This document shows positions 36,321-46,185 of a DNA stretch of 64,000 nucleotides, in pieces. Every line of letters begins with the position of its first letter. The first letter of the stretch is position 1. The DNA comes from an uncultured Fidelibacterota bacterium. GTDB lineage: Bacteria; Fidelibacterota; Marinisomatia; Marinisomatales; Marinisomataceae. The position numbers and the translations under genes were made by a program. The notes beneath the pieces are model-generated. The model searched no databases. It was not told the DNA's origin and saw only the letters and a list, made by a program, of their open reading frames with translations. The DNA lies in NCBI GenBank assembly GCA_902538565.1, contig CACBFQ010000001.1, positions 195,451-259,450 on the forward strand, in the 5' to 3' direction.

Positions 36321-36806
36321 TTATCCTGGAGGACAATCAGGTGTTACAGTATTAGCTACTGCACCTACTACTAGACTTAATGCAGAGTTTTCTGCACTAA
36401 AAGTAAAAGGTACTGCGTCGGCATAAAAAGCTTGAATGCTGCCACTGTGTGTTCCCCATACTGCTTGATTGCAAGCAGGATTAGGGTTATTCGGATCTAA
36501 CCATGATACAGATAATAATTTATAAGTATCAAAGTCTAAATCTTCAAACACTAAAGAAATTTGTCCATTTTGCACCTGTGCACTCTGTAAAACAACAGAT
36601 TTATATGGTGCTCCAGATGGAGGCCACGTCTTATCTAAAGAACAAAATACTGTTCCCTCAGCAGGCCATGAATCAGGATTTGTAACATTAATTGTAATAT
36701 TCAATGTTCCTGAGGTTGCTGGATCATTTGAATCATCCTCGCAAGAAACCAAAAACAACATTGAAAAAGCAAATGTAAATAATGATAGTTTTTTTATGAT
36801 ATTCAT
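36321..36806 (-). CDS. Hypothetical lipoprotein
   Basis: Lipobox LVSC followed by an acidic tether; directly downstream of the TonB receptor. Confidence 0.75.
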   Translation of the reverse strand: MNIIKKLSLFTFAFSMLFLVSCEDDSNDPATSGTLNITINVTNPDSWPAEGTVFCSLDKTWPPSGAPYKSVVLQSAQVQNGQISLVFEDLDFDTYKLLSVSWLDPNNPNPACNQAVWGTHSGSIQAFYADAVPFTFSAENSALSLVVGAVANTVTPDCPPG

Positions 36807-36890
36807 TTTTTCCCCTTTATAAGTTAGAAGGATTATAATAATGAAAAGAATTTAGGTCAAGCAAATTGATTGAGATTATATCTCAAAAGA

Positions 36891-39041
36891 CTAAAATGTT
36901 TTATCATACATCAAACTAATCGTTCTACCCGGCATCGGAAAATCTTGAATTAATTCATATTGCTTATCAAACAAGTTGGATATTTTTAAAGATATCTTAT
37001 CTCCATTATTCAACTCATAGCTACCTATGTAGTTAAATAAAATTAGCGAATCAAGTTGTTCAATTGGGAATTTTATTTCACTACCCTCATACTCCCTTTC
37101 ATCGCTTAAGAAATCTTGATAATCTTGATCAGACTGATATCTCATAGAAATGATATGTCTTATATTATTTGACTTATACTTTATACTTGATATAAGCTTG
37201 TGATTTGGTCTATAAAGAATAGGATCAATATCATTTATATCATTCACTCTAAGATATGTATAACCCAAATCTAGATTAAAATTTGTATTTAGTTTATACG
37301 ATATATTAGATTCCAAGCCGCATGAACTTATATCAGATCTATTAAGTGCTAATACAGGCAAACCATAGACAAAATCAATCATGTCTTCATATTTATAATA
37401 AAATGTACTTACGGAATAGGTAAGATTAGATTTATTTGAACGATCATAGGATATATCTAGTCCATAAAGTTGCTCAGGTTCAAGATTTGGATTTCCTTGT
37501 GTATTTAATCCATAATCAGATTCATATTGTAAAAATAGTTCAGATAAAGAAGGAGATCTAAAGCCCTTACTTAATGCAAAATTCCATGTTGAAAAATTAT
37601 CTCTTTTAAAGGTTAAATTAATTTTTGGTGAAACATCGCTAAAAGACTTGTAGCTAAATTCATTCCCCCTATCAACATTTCTATAATCAAATCTTAATCC
37701 TAATCCCAAAAGCAATCTTTCGTTTAATTGAATTCTATTTTGTGCAAAAAATCCACCTGTAACTTGTTTTAAGTCGTCATAAATATTTTTATAAATTGAG
37801 ATATCAGATTGTTCCAAAATAAGATCAGAGCCAAAGATCAAATACGATTTATTATTAATTAATTTTTGGTATTCTACTCTTAGATTTAAGCTTGTATCAT
37901 TGTAAAATGTTTGTTCTTGAATTTCTTCTATAGGTGTATCGTCTCTATCAAAATAATTTGTGTAGAAATGATTCATGCTAAGTGAATAAACAATATTATT
38001 GTTAACATCCAACGTTTGTTTTTTGAACAATTGTAAATAAACTGAATCCCTATTGGAAATCCTATAAGAAGTCAAACTAGGTCTGTTTTCAATGTAAAAA
38101 CCAGGTTGACCATTTACAGATTTATTTGCTATTAATGATAACGATAAATCCTGTTTCTTATTAAATATTTTTGTATAAAAATTGTTTTGTTCATACTGAG
38201 CATTAAATCTATGACCATTTCCTTTTTTATGTTGCAGCAGTGCTGTGTAAGAAATATTATCAGTTATATTGCTCATGGTAAGGTTTACATCTTTAGAATC
38301 AAAGCTTCCAACAGTAGCTTTGACATTGTAAAATTCATCAGAATAGTTTTTAGTAACTAAATTAATTATTCCACCCATTGAATTTTGACCATAAAGCGAA
38401 GAAACCGGACCTTTAACTACTTCAACACGTTCTAAAAAATCAAGCGGCATTGCATTCCAATCAATTGAACCAGAGTAAGGCATACTTATTTGAAATCCAT
38501 CAAGAAGAACTAAAACTCTATTATTATATCCTCCTGGCTTATAATCAGATGATCCACGAATGGAAAAATTTGCATTTCTTCCATTATCATGTGCAGTTTG
38601 AACATCCACTCCTCCAATATTTCTAAAGAGTTCAGACATAGTTTGATAATTATAGTCCGAAATTTTTTCATTAGATATATTTTGGGTAAAATAAGGAAGA
38701 TGTTTTGAGGGGAATCTTCCAACAACATTAAGGGCACTTGATAGTATTGGTTCAGGAATTAATTCAAAAACATAGCTATCCTGATTAATCAAATTTACTG
38801 AAGCTATGATGTCTTTGTATCCAATTGCAGATATTAAAATTTCAAATTCTTGCTTTTGAAGATTTGTAACAGAAAAATTTCCATTTAAATCAGATACAGA
38901 ACCAAAATCACTTTCTATGAAAACTATATTAGCATCAATAATAGGTTCGTTTGTTTCGGTATCTAAAATCGTTCCAAAAAATTTGATATCTTGAGAAAAA
39001 GAAATACTGAGTAATAAAATTAATAAATAAAATTTTTTCAT
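36891..39041 (-). CDS. TonB-dependent receptor with N-terminal CarboxypepD-like domain
   Basis: Plug motifs IRGS and ERVEVVKGPVSSLYG..GGIIN; NPNLEPE; NLFDKQY..PGR; terminal Phe. Confidence 0.92.
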   Translation of the reverse strand: MKKFYLLILLLSISFSQDIKFFGTILDTETNEPIIDANIVFIESDFGSVSDLNGNFSVTNLQKQEFEILISAIGYKDIIASVNLINQDSYVFELIPEPILSSALNVVGRFPSKHLPYFTQNISNEKISDYNYQTMSELFRNIGGVDVQTAHDNGRNANFSIRGSSDYKPGGYNNRVLVLLDGFQISMPYSGSIDWNAMPLDFLERVEVVKGPVSSLYGQNSMGGIINLVTKNYSDEFYNVKATVGSFDSKDVNLTMSNITDNISYTALLQHKKGNGHRFNAQYEQNNFYTKIFNKKQDLSLSLIANKSVNGQPGFYIENRPSLTSYRISNRDSVYLQLFKKQTLDVNNNIVYSLSMNHFYTNYFDRDDTPIEEIQEQTFYNDTSLNLRVEYQKLINNKSYLIFGSDLILEQSDISIYKNIYDDLKQVTGGFFAQNRIQLNERLLLGLGLRFDYRNVDRGNEFSYKSFSDVSPKINLTFKRDNFSTWNFALSKGFRSPSLSELFLQYESDYGLNTQGNPNLEPEQLYGLDISYDRSNKSNLTYSVSTFYYKYEDMIDFVYGLPVLALNRSDISSCGLESNISYKLNTNFNLDLGYTYLRVNDINDIDPILYRPNHKLISSIKYKSNNIRHIISMRYQSDQDYQDFLSDEREYEGSEIKFPIEQLDSLILFNYIGSYELNNGDKISLKISNLFDKQYELIQDFPMPGRTISLMYDKTF

Positions 39042-39102
39042 TTTTAGTTGTCAATAATATTAATCAAGGACAATATTTACAATTCTTTTCGTAAACTTTC
39101 AT

Positions 39103-39720
39103 ATGAATGTGAAAAAAAATATATCAGTGATTTTGAATGGTCAAATGCCCACTGATGATACTATAATTAATCAAATAACTAATTCTGATTTTATCATCGC
39201 TGTGGATGGTTCAGCAAATAAGCTTTTTGATTTAAAAATCATCCCAGATGTAATTATTGGAGACCTGGATTCGTTACAAAATATTGAAAATAAGGATATA
39301 GAGTTAATTGAAGCTCCAGATCAAAATAAAACTGATTTTCGCAAAACCTTAGAATGGTGTATTGAAAAAAATATTTTAAATATTTCTATTTTTGGAATAT
39401 CTGGTGAGAGCGAGGATCATTTTCTTGGAAACTATTATACATTAAGTGATTTTGGTGAAAAAATTTCTTGGAAAGCTTTTACAGATTTTTCAATGATTAG
39501 CCCTTGTGTTGGTAACAAAAAATTTGAATCATTTAAGGGTCAAAAAGTGAGCCTTTTCTGTATGAGGGGAAGCTCAACTGTAAATTCAGAAAATTTGGAA
39601 TATCCTTTACAGTCATATCATTTAAAACCTTCAGATGATGCAATTAGAAATTTATCACTTGAAGATCATTTTACAATTGAGTCAACAACTACTATTCTTG
39701 TCTTTCAAAGTAGAGTATAA
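39103..39720 (+). CDS. thiN: Thiamine pyrophosphokinase
   Basis: AVDGS, IGDLDS, DQNKTDF and DHFLGN. Confidence 0.9.
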   Translation: MNVKKNISVILNGQMPTDDTIINQITNSDFIIAVDGSANKLFDLKIIPDVIIGDLDSLQNIENKDIELIEAPDQNKTDFRKTLEWCIEKNILNISIFGISGESEDHFLGNYYTLSDFGEKISWKAFTDFSMISPCVGNKKFESFKGQKVSLFCMRGSSTVNSENLEYPLQSYHLKPSDDAIRNLSLEDHFTIESTTTILVFQSRV

Positions 39721-39721
39721 A

Positions 39722-40705
39722 TTACAATCCTGCAACTGTAGCTAGGCTGTTGGCTTTGACCTTTCCAATAAATACTTCTTGAGCATCTGTAACATTTTCT
39801 TCTTTACCTGACCAAGCTTTTAATGCTGACTGCTGGAGAGCTCTCCCATAAGAAAAGGTTAAATTCCAATCTGTTTCATACTTGTTCATTTCATTTAAAT
39901 GAAATGTTGCATGATCATCGGACTGACCACCTGATAGAAAAGCTATTCCAGGAACGTCTGGAGGCACATTTCTAAGTAAACAATTAACAGTTTTTTCAGC
40001 AACCTCTCTAATAGTTGCTTGATAAGAACAATTATAACCAGATAAAACCATATTTGGCTTTAGAACTATCCCTTCCAAACTAACATTATATTCATCAAGC
40101 TGATTAAAAACCATATTTAGTGTTCGTGAAGTAATATCAAAAGACTCATCTATAGTATGAGAACCATCCATGAGTACTTCGGGCTCAACAATAGGAACAA
40201 GATTTGCTTGTTGACATTTCCTAGCATACTTAGCAAGATTTTTTGCATTTGCTAATATACAATCATCCGTTGGTATACTATCTCCAGGAGTTATTACAGC
40301 CCTCCATTTAGCAAATCGCGCTCCTAGTGCATAGTATTTCTCGAGCCTTTCAGACAAACCGTCTAAGCCTTTTGTCAGCTTCTCATAAGGACTAAAATCT
40401 TCCAAGCCTTGATCTACTTTAATACCAGGTAATATATCTTTGGATGTTAAATATTCAGGGAATTTCATTCCTGATGATAATTCTGATTGATGAAAAGTTT
40501 CGTCAAACAAAATGACACCGCTGATGTATTTTTCAATATCTTCAGTTGTAAACAGCATATTTCTGTAAAAATTTCTGCTTTCTGCCGATGAATCTGTATT
40601 AATGCTTGCAAAGCGTTTAGTACAGGTTGGTGTGCTTTCATCAGCAGCTAAAATTCCTTTACCTTTTTTAACCATTTTATGTGCAACAGCGTGCAATTCT
40701 GACAT
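39722..40705 (-). CDS. Class I fructose-bisphosphate aldolase (eukaryote-like family)
   Basis: GILAADES, FAKWR, VPIVEPE, Schiff-base LKPNMV, FLSGGQ and FSYGRALQ. Confidence 0.95.
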   Translation of the reverse strand: MSELHAVAHKMVKKGKGILAADESTPTCTKRFASINTDSSAESRNFYRNMLFTTEDIEKYISGVILFDETFHQSELSSGMKFPEYLTSKDILPGIKVDQGLEDFSPYEKLTKGLDGLSERLEKYYALGARFAKWRAVITPGDSIPTDDCILANAKNLAKYARKCQQANLVPIVEPEVLMDGSHTIDESFDITSRTLNMVFNQLDEYNVSLEGIVLKPNMVLSGYNCSYQATIREVAEKTVNCLLRNVPPDVPGIAFLSGGQSDDHATFHLNEMNKYETDWNLTFSYGRALQQSALKAWSGKEENVTDAQEVFIGKVKANSLATVAGL

Positions 40706-40706
40706 T

Positions 40707-41651
40707 TTATTCTCCTAAAATATATTCGTTTGTTATTATTTGTGTTTTACTTGAATCGCCAAAAATAATTTTTGAGGTTACTTCAGCCTTATTGCCATCA
40801 AATTTAACACCAGGGATCCATCCTGAGCAAACTCCACTTGCAATAAAAAAAGAATCACTGGATCTACAAAGATCATCAGCTGACCATAAATTATTTATAT
40901 CGCTACCTAACATTTCCAAAGCCCTTTCTTTGAATGAGTTATCCATAAAATGAAGTCTTCCTTCGAAAAAACCACCCATAGCTTTTACCGCAGTAGCAGT
41001 AATTACTCCTTCCGGGGCTGCACCAATTCCATACAATAAATCAGCTGACCCTTCAGCTGCTTTTAATCCTCCTGAAACATCACCATCTCCAATCAGGATT
41101 GGTTGAACACCTAAGTCTTTTAAGGTAGATATTAAATCAATATGTCTATCTCTATCCATGACTATAATTTTTAATTCAGAAATATTTTTTTGTAATGCTT
41201 TTGCTGCTAGAGATAAATTGTCTTCAACTGAATTATCAAGAGCAATATGACCTATTAATTTTGATGAGCCACATAACTTATTCATATAAGTATCAGGGGC
41301 ATTTAAAAGAGCTCCTCTTGGTGCAGCAGCTAAGACAGATAATGCATCAGGTAAATCTTTAGCACAATGATTGGTACATTCTAGAGGATCAACTGCAATA
41401 TCAATTTTTAAATCACTTTCAGGATTACCCATCTCTTCACCAATATAAAGCATTGGCGCATCATCTCTTTCTCCTTCACCAATTACGACTCTTGTATGAA
41501 CTTCTGAGCTTTGAAGAACTTTTCTCATAGCTTCAGTTGCAACCTTATCTGCAGCTTTTCCATCACCATTCCCCCTGAGTTTTGCAGCAGCTATGGCAGC
41601 AGATTCTGTTGCCTTTAAGTAAAGCTCAAAATTTTTAGTTACCTTACTCAT
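40707..41651 (-). CDS. glpX: Class II fructose-1,6-bisphosphatase
   Basis: VIGEGERDDAPML, DIAVDPLE, DGDV and PEGV. Confidence 0.93.
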   Translation of the reverse strand: MSKVTKNFELYLKATESAAIAAAKLRGNGDGKAADKVATEAMRKVLQSSEVHTRVVIGEGERDDAPMLYIGEEMGNPESDLKIDIAVDPLECTNHCAKDLPDALSVLAAAPRGALLNAPDTYMNKLCGSSKLIGHIALDNSVEDNLSLAAKALQKNISELKIIVMDRDRHIDLISTLKDLGVQPILIGDGDVSGGLKAAEGSADLLYGIGAAPEGVITATAVKAMGGFFEGRLHFMDNSFKERALEMLGSDINNLWSADDLCRSSDSFFIASGVCSGWIPGVKFDGNKAEVTSKIIFGDSSKTQIITNEYILGE

Positions 41652-42168
41652 TAAGCGAGTCAATTAGTTTAAACATTTCTTCTAAACTCTCTTTAGTAGC
41701 AAAGCCATTAAAACGATTTTTTATGATTCCATCTTTATCAAGAACATACATGTAACAATCCCCTTTTGATGATATTTCCAATGATTTATAGTAAGATCGT
41801 AAAGGACCATAATAAGTTACGGTATAATCGTGCAAAGGTTTGGGAACTCCGCCGCGCATTCCACCATCAATCCAATTTCTTGCCATAGTCCATTGGCCTC
41901 CTAACATTGGAATTTCATAATAATGCACATCTTTATTAATACCAAATTTTGGAAAGAATTCATCTGCCCAAGAGTTAATACATAATTGAGCTTTTTGTTT
42001 AAAAGCAATTGCCAAAACAGATGGTTTACCAATCAAAACATCTGGAAACTTGACATCATTACCTGAAAGAGATATTCCTTCGATAGTTGGAAATTTTTTT
42101 TCTAAAAAATTATCGCTTGCATTCAAAACATTAAAACACAATGAAAAAACTAATATTGCTTTAATCAT
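41644..42168 (-). CDS. Exported thioredoxin-fold protein, ATP10-like
   Basis: Signal peptide from MIKAIL; FP..G.SL, AQ..INSW, YEIPM and IDGGMR; AGGAG RBS. Confidence 0.6.
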   Translation of the reverse strand: MIKAILVFSLCFNVLNASDNFLEKKFPTIEGISLSGNDVKFPDVLIGKPSVLAIAFKQKAQLCINSWADEFFPKFGINKDVHYYEIPMLGGQWTMARNWIDGGMRGGVPKPLHDYTVTYYGPLRSYYKSLEISSKGDCYMYVLDKDGIIKNRFNGFATKESLEEMFKLIDSLNE

Positions 42169-42880
42169 TATTCTTCTCCTTGAATTTGTATGGTAAATAC
42201 AAAAGGTAGAAAACAAACATTACGATTGGAAAAAGTGGTATAACATGTAATGGTGGACTTGGGAAAAAGCTCATTAAAGATTCCCCGGTAGGCGCTTTCA
42301 TCAAATACCATAAATTAGCTTCAAAGCCAGGTTCGCCTCCAACCAATACATTTATTATGTATACTACTGGAAGTATATAAAGAGAAAATTTTATAGCATT
42401 TTTATAAGATTCAAATGTGATATTCTGCTTAATTCCAATTGCAATGTATAGTAGTGCAAAAAATAATAAACCATGTCCAGAAAATAATGTAATAAAATCT
42501 AAGTCAGGAAAAGTGAACTCAATATCTGGAGTAAAAAGAGCCATTGTTCCTCCTCCTAGACCCCAGAAATATGCAAAATCGAAAAACTTTTGATTTCGCG
42601 TTAATAAAAAGAGTCCTGTAGCATAAGATGAAAAATGGCACGCATGTAAGGGAATAGTGTTTGTCCAATTATAATCTTCTGGACCAAAATAATTCAAATA
42701 AAATGGTTTCAACAATTCATTAAAAATTAAAAGGTAAGCCAAAATCTTTTCAAACATAGCATATCTAATTTCATCATAATCATTTTTAACATAAAAAGAG
42801 AAAGCAAATGAAGCTCCAAAAATTATTAATAGAGTTAACAAATGAGTTGAACCAAATAATATGAATTCGTTTGATGTCAT
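42161..42880 (-). CDS. YwaF/TIGR02206 (TMEM164-like) membrane protein
   Basis: F.LFG..H, PLHAC, ALFTPD, F..H and NLWYL..P. Confidence 0.8.
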   Translation of the reverse strand: MTSNEFILFGSTHLLTLLIIFGASFAFSFYVKNDYDEIRYAMFEKILAYLLIFNELLKPFYLNYFGPEDYNWTNTIPLHACHFSSYATGLFLLTRNQKFFDFAYFWGLGGGTMALFTPDIEFTFPDLDFITLFSGHGLLFFALLYIAIGIKQNITFESYKNAIKFSLYILPVVYIINVLVGGEPGFEANLWYLMKAPTGESLMSFFPSPPLHVIPLFPIVMFVFYLLYLPYKFKEKNND

Positions 42881-42918
42881 GAAGTAAATCTAAATAAAAT
42901 AATTAAATTTTCATGCAA

Positions 42919-43359
42919 TTAAATCAAATCCATTGCAAATGCTAGAAACAAAATCATCAAAATTGATCTTGATGTCCATAATATGGTTCTAATCCAGTTT
43001 GTACAAATTAACTTAGATAATTTTTCTGTATTTTTATCTTTAGATAATGCATTATGTAAAGGCACTTGAATTAAAAATGTAGACAACCAAATCAATACAA
43101 CTATAATTAAGTTTATAAGAAATACAGTTTGAATAGCGTTGTTGAAATTTTGATACCAAAGCATTATCGAAGTGACAAGCTCAGCAAACATTAATGGCAT
43201 TGCCAAAATAGAAATTCTCATAGAATGAAAATTATGATATACTGGAAACTTATCTTTGGAAATGTACCTCATTGATGGATAGTGCACCAACTGTATAGTC
43301 CAAATTAAACCTACAGCAACAAATGATAATGCAAGATTAAATAGAAAAATAAATGACAT
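42919..43359 (-). CDS. Conserved hypothetical membrane protein
   Basis: About 4 TM helices; IQLVHYP, QVPLH and NWIRT. Confidence 0.7.
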   Translation of the reverse strand: MSFIFLFNLALSFVAVGLIWTIQLVHYPSMRYISKDKFPVYHNFHSMRISILAMPLMFAELVTSIMLWYQNFNNAIQTVFLINLIIVVLIWLSTFLIQVPLHNALSKDKNTEKLSKLICTNWIRTILWTSRSILMILFLAFAMDLI

Positions 43360-44103
43360 CTAAACAAAAGTATAGTTAGTTAACATTGATATAGCCATTG
43401 CGATCATAATAATATTCTCAATGAATGTGGCTTCAGTCATAGGTAGTTTTAAAGCTGTACCTAAACACGCACATCTTATTGATTTCTTGTTTAATAATGT
43501 TTTTGTTACCCCAATCGTTGTGATTCCTAAAATAATTAGAGTAGTAATTAAAGCAATTTTAATCTCGAATCTCATCAACAACATTAACCCCAATCCTGTC
43601 TCAATAAATGGATAAATCCATCCATATATTGGCAATCTTTTTGCCAATGGATCATACATTCTGAAAGATTCAGGAAAGCCTTTAAGATCTAACATTTTAA
43701 AAAAACTAAAAACTATATAAAACAATCCCATGAAATCCAACATTGCTTCAGAAGAATTCCAATTTTTAAGATTCATTAATATGCTTGCAACAGATATATA
43801 AATAAGTATTATAAAGAGGGGTTTAAGTTGTTGTAACTTAGATTTTTCTATATCACTTTTGATGTTTGGCTCATTGATAAGTACATCGGAATCATCAACT
43901 ACCTTTTCTTCAATATGGAATTTTGATGGTAAAGCGTTTTGAAGTTTTGATATTTCAACATTGCTTTTCATAAAAATGATTGCTTCAGCTTTTTCGAGAT
44001 TTACTTCAACAGATTCAATTTCCGGTATTTCATTTAAATTTTGATGAATAGTTGATTTACAACTACTACATGTCATTCCAGATATTGTATAAGTTTTTTT
44101 CAT
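43360..44103 (-). CDS. HMA domain fused to a MauE/DoxX-like membrane domain
   Basis: GMTCSSC; YD.LA, YPFIE and CACLG. Confidence 0.85.
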   Translation of the reverse strand: MKKTYTISGMTCSSCKSTIHQNLNEIPEIESVEVNLEKAEAIIFMKSNVEISKLQNALPSKFHIEEKVVDDSDVLINEPNIKSDIEKSKLQQLKPLFIILIYISVASILMNLKNWNSSEAMLDFMGLFYIVFSFFKMLDLKGFPESFRMYDPLAKRLPIYGWIYPFIETGLGLMLLMRFEIKIALITTLIILGITTIGVTKTLLNKKSIRCACLGTALKLPMTEATFIENIIMIAMAISMLTNYTFV

Positions 44104-44137
44104 TTTGAATTATTATCCATTAATTTAAATACTATAA

Positions 44138-44770
44138 ATGAAAAACAAATTAATTCTATTTGTGCTAGCCGCTACTCTTTTTATTTGGTATCAATTAACC
44201 AAGGTTGAGGATGAATTTGAACTACCCGTTTTTACTCCTGCAGATTTGAGACCAACGCTCGTCCATCCTAGCCTTATTGGAAAAACAACTCATGAAATAC
44301 CAAATTTTTCATTTACAAACCAATTTGGCGATGAAGTCAGTAATAGAGATGTTGAAAATAAATTATATGTAGCAAACTTTTTTTTTACTTCCTGTCCATC
44401 AATATGTATCGATTTAACTAATAATTTAAAAATAGTTCAAAATGCTTTTGATGATGAAATCATAATATTATCACATTCTGTAGATCCTGAGATAGATACT
44501 GTTGAGCGATTAATGAAATACCAAGAAATCAATGAAATAGATGGAAATAATTGGTTTTTATTAAGGGGCGACATAGATGAAATCATTAAAATGGCACAAT
44601 TGGGTTATTTCGCCATAGCATCCGTTGATAACCATGTTGAAAATAGTTTAATTCATACTGAAAATATTGTCCTGGTTGATAATCAACAAAGAATAAGAGG
44701 AGTTTATAATGGTACCTCTGAACTCGAAATGAGTTATTTAATTGATGATATTAATAGGTTGCTTAATTAA
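44138..44770 (+). CDS. SCO1/SenC copper chaperone
   Basis: FFFTSCPSIC, VDPEID and IHTE. Confidence 0.9.
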   Translation: MKNKLILFVLAATLFIWYQLTKVEDEFELPVFTPADLRPTLVHPSLIGKTTHEIPNFSFTNQFGDEVSNRDVENKLYVANFFFTSCPSICIDLTNNLKIVQNAFDDEIIILSHSVDPEIDTVERLMKYQEINEIDGNNWFLLRGDIDEIIKMAQLGYFAIASVDNHVENSLIHTENIVLVDNQQRIRGVYNGTSELEMSYLIDDINRLLN

Positions 44771-45003
44771 ATCTTAAAACTATTTGATATCATATTCCCC
44801 ATGCTTAAAGCAAATACAAACATAGCAATGAGGTGATAAACTGCTATATTCATTTTGTCAATATGTAGAAAAAATAATGTGATGCTAGCAACAAAAAAAA
44901 TGAATTGAAGACAAAAGAGTATTTGATTTTTTCTCGATAACTCTGGAAAAAAAAATTTCAAAAAAATTAACCACTTAATAAACTTGTTTTTTAAAAACTT
45001 CAT
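44767..45003 (-). CDS. Small hypothetical membrane protein
   Basis: 2 TM helices; ATGA overlap with the SDR gene. Confidence 0.55.
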   Translation of the reverse strand: MKFLKNKFIKWLIFLKFFFPELSRKNQILFCLQFIFFVASITLFFLHIDKMNIAVYHLIAMFVFALSMGNMISNSFKI

Positions 45004-45761
45004 GGAACCAACTTTCTCACTGCTTCAATCCAAGCATCGTAATCAAATGCTTTACCCTGAATGTATTTTGCTACTTCTTTATGGGGCAAGATTAAGAACT
45101 TCTCTTTGTAAATGCCCTGAATAGCTTCTTCCGCGACTACATCAACTGATAATAACCCGTCTTTTAATAATGGATGACTTTCTGGTAGTTTTCCAAATGA
45201 TCTGACCATATCAGTATCAACTAACTGAGGACATAAAGCAGATACTTTAATACCATCGTCTCCATACATAATGGAAAGATTTTCAGCTAGACCCATTGCA
45301 GCATGCTTTGTTGTCGCATAAGCTATAGCACCAGGCATATTTAATAAACCAGCAGCGGATACAGTTAACATAATATATCCTGAACCTTGTTTTTGCATGT
45401 GAGGAATCAGTACCTTAGCCGCATAAATGTGAGACATAACATTAACATCCCAATTTTTCTGCCAGTCACTTGTTGAAGTTTCTAATGTTCCAAATTGCTG
45501 TATGCCAGCATTTGAACAGAATAAATCAATCGAATTATTTTTATCAATAATACTATTTAAAACAGATTGAAAATCATTTTCATTTGAAACATCAACGATA
45601 TAACTGTCTGCGTTAATGGAGCTGGCAACCTCATTCAATGAACTACTAATATCAATCAATGATATTGATTTTGGAGATTCTTGAATTATTCGCTTAGCAA
45701 GCGCATAACCGATTCCATTTGCTGCGCCAGTAATAACGATATTTTTATTATGAATGTTCAT
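45000..45761 (-). CDS. Short-chain dehydrogenase/reductase
   Basis: TGAANGIG, SNAG and YATTK. Confidence 0.93.
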   Translation of the reverse strand: MNIHNKNIVITGAANGIGYALAKRIIQESPKSISLIDISSSLNEVASSINADSYIVDVSNENDFQSVLNSIIDKNNSIDLFCSNAGIQQFGTLETSTSDWQKNWDVNVMSHIYAAKVLIPHMQKQGSGYIMLTVSAAGLLNMPGAIAYATTKHAAMGLAENLSIMYGDDGIKVSALCPQLVDTDMVRSFGKLPESHPLLKDGLLSVDVVAEEAIQGIYKEKFLILPHKEVAKYIQGKAFDYDAWIEAVRKLVP

Positions 45762-45771
45762 ATGATTTTTG

Positions 45772-45843
45772 TACCCCAGGAAGGACTCGAACCTACAACC
45801 AATGGCTTAAGAGGCCACTGCTCTACCATTGAGCTACTGAGGC
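45772..45843 (-). tRNA. tRNA-Lys(CTT), CCA not encoded
   Basis: GCCTCAGTAGCTCAATGGTAGAGCA-GTGGC-CTCTTAA-GCCAT-TGGTT-GTAGGTTCGAGTCCTTC-CTGGGGTA. Confidence 0.9.
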
Positions 45844-45892
45844 ATTATCTCTAAAGCTAAAATAATAAATATGATATGAAATTACTAACTAA

Positions 45893-46105
45893 CTATGCTG
45901 CTGATACATTGACTGCTTTGTCCCCTCTATCATCAGATTCAATCTCAAACTCAACCGCTTGGTCTTGTTTAAGAGTTTTGAAGTCATTTTCAGACACGAT
46001 GCTAGAGAAATGTACAAAAACGTCCGTTCCATCTTCTTTAGTGATGAATCCGTAACCTTTTTTGTCATTAAAGAACTTTACAGTACCTTTTTCTTTGTCA
46101 CTCAT
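45893..46105 (-). CDS. Cold-shock protein
   Basis: KGYGFI (RNP1) and VFVHF (RNP2); start set at MSDKEK. Confidence 0.95.
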   Translation of the reverse strand: MSDKEKGTVKFFNDKKGYGFITKEDGTDVFVHFSSIVSENDFKTLKQDQAVEFEIESDDRGDKAVNVSAA

Positions 46106-46185
46106 TTTTTTCTCTTTGTTAGTTAATAAAAATTTATGGAGCAATATAATTAGTTATTTAAGTAATACCAATGAAATAAAATCTT

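Noticed and set aside
39042-39102. TPP or B12 riboswitch at the TonB receptor/thiN gap, and preQ1 riboswitch at 53118-53173
   Set aside because: The gaps are short and lack the aptamer motifs.
15062-41651. rpe, tkt, rpiB, class I aldolase and glpX as a Calvin cycle
   Set aside because: No RuBisCO or phosphoribulokinase in the window; the pentose phosphate pathway and gluconeogenesis explain these genes.
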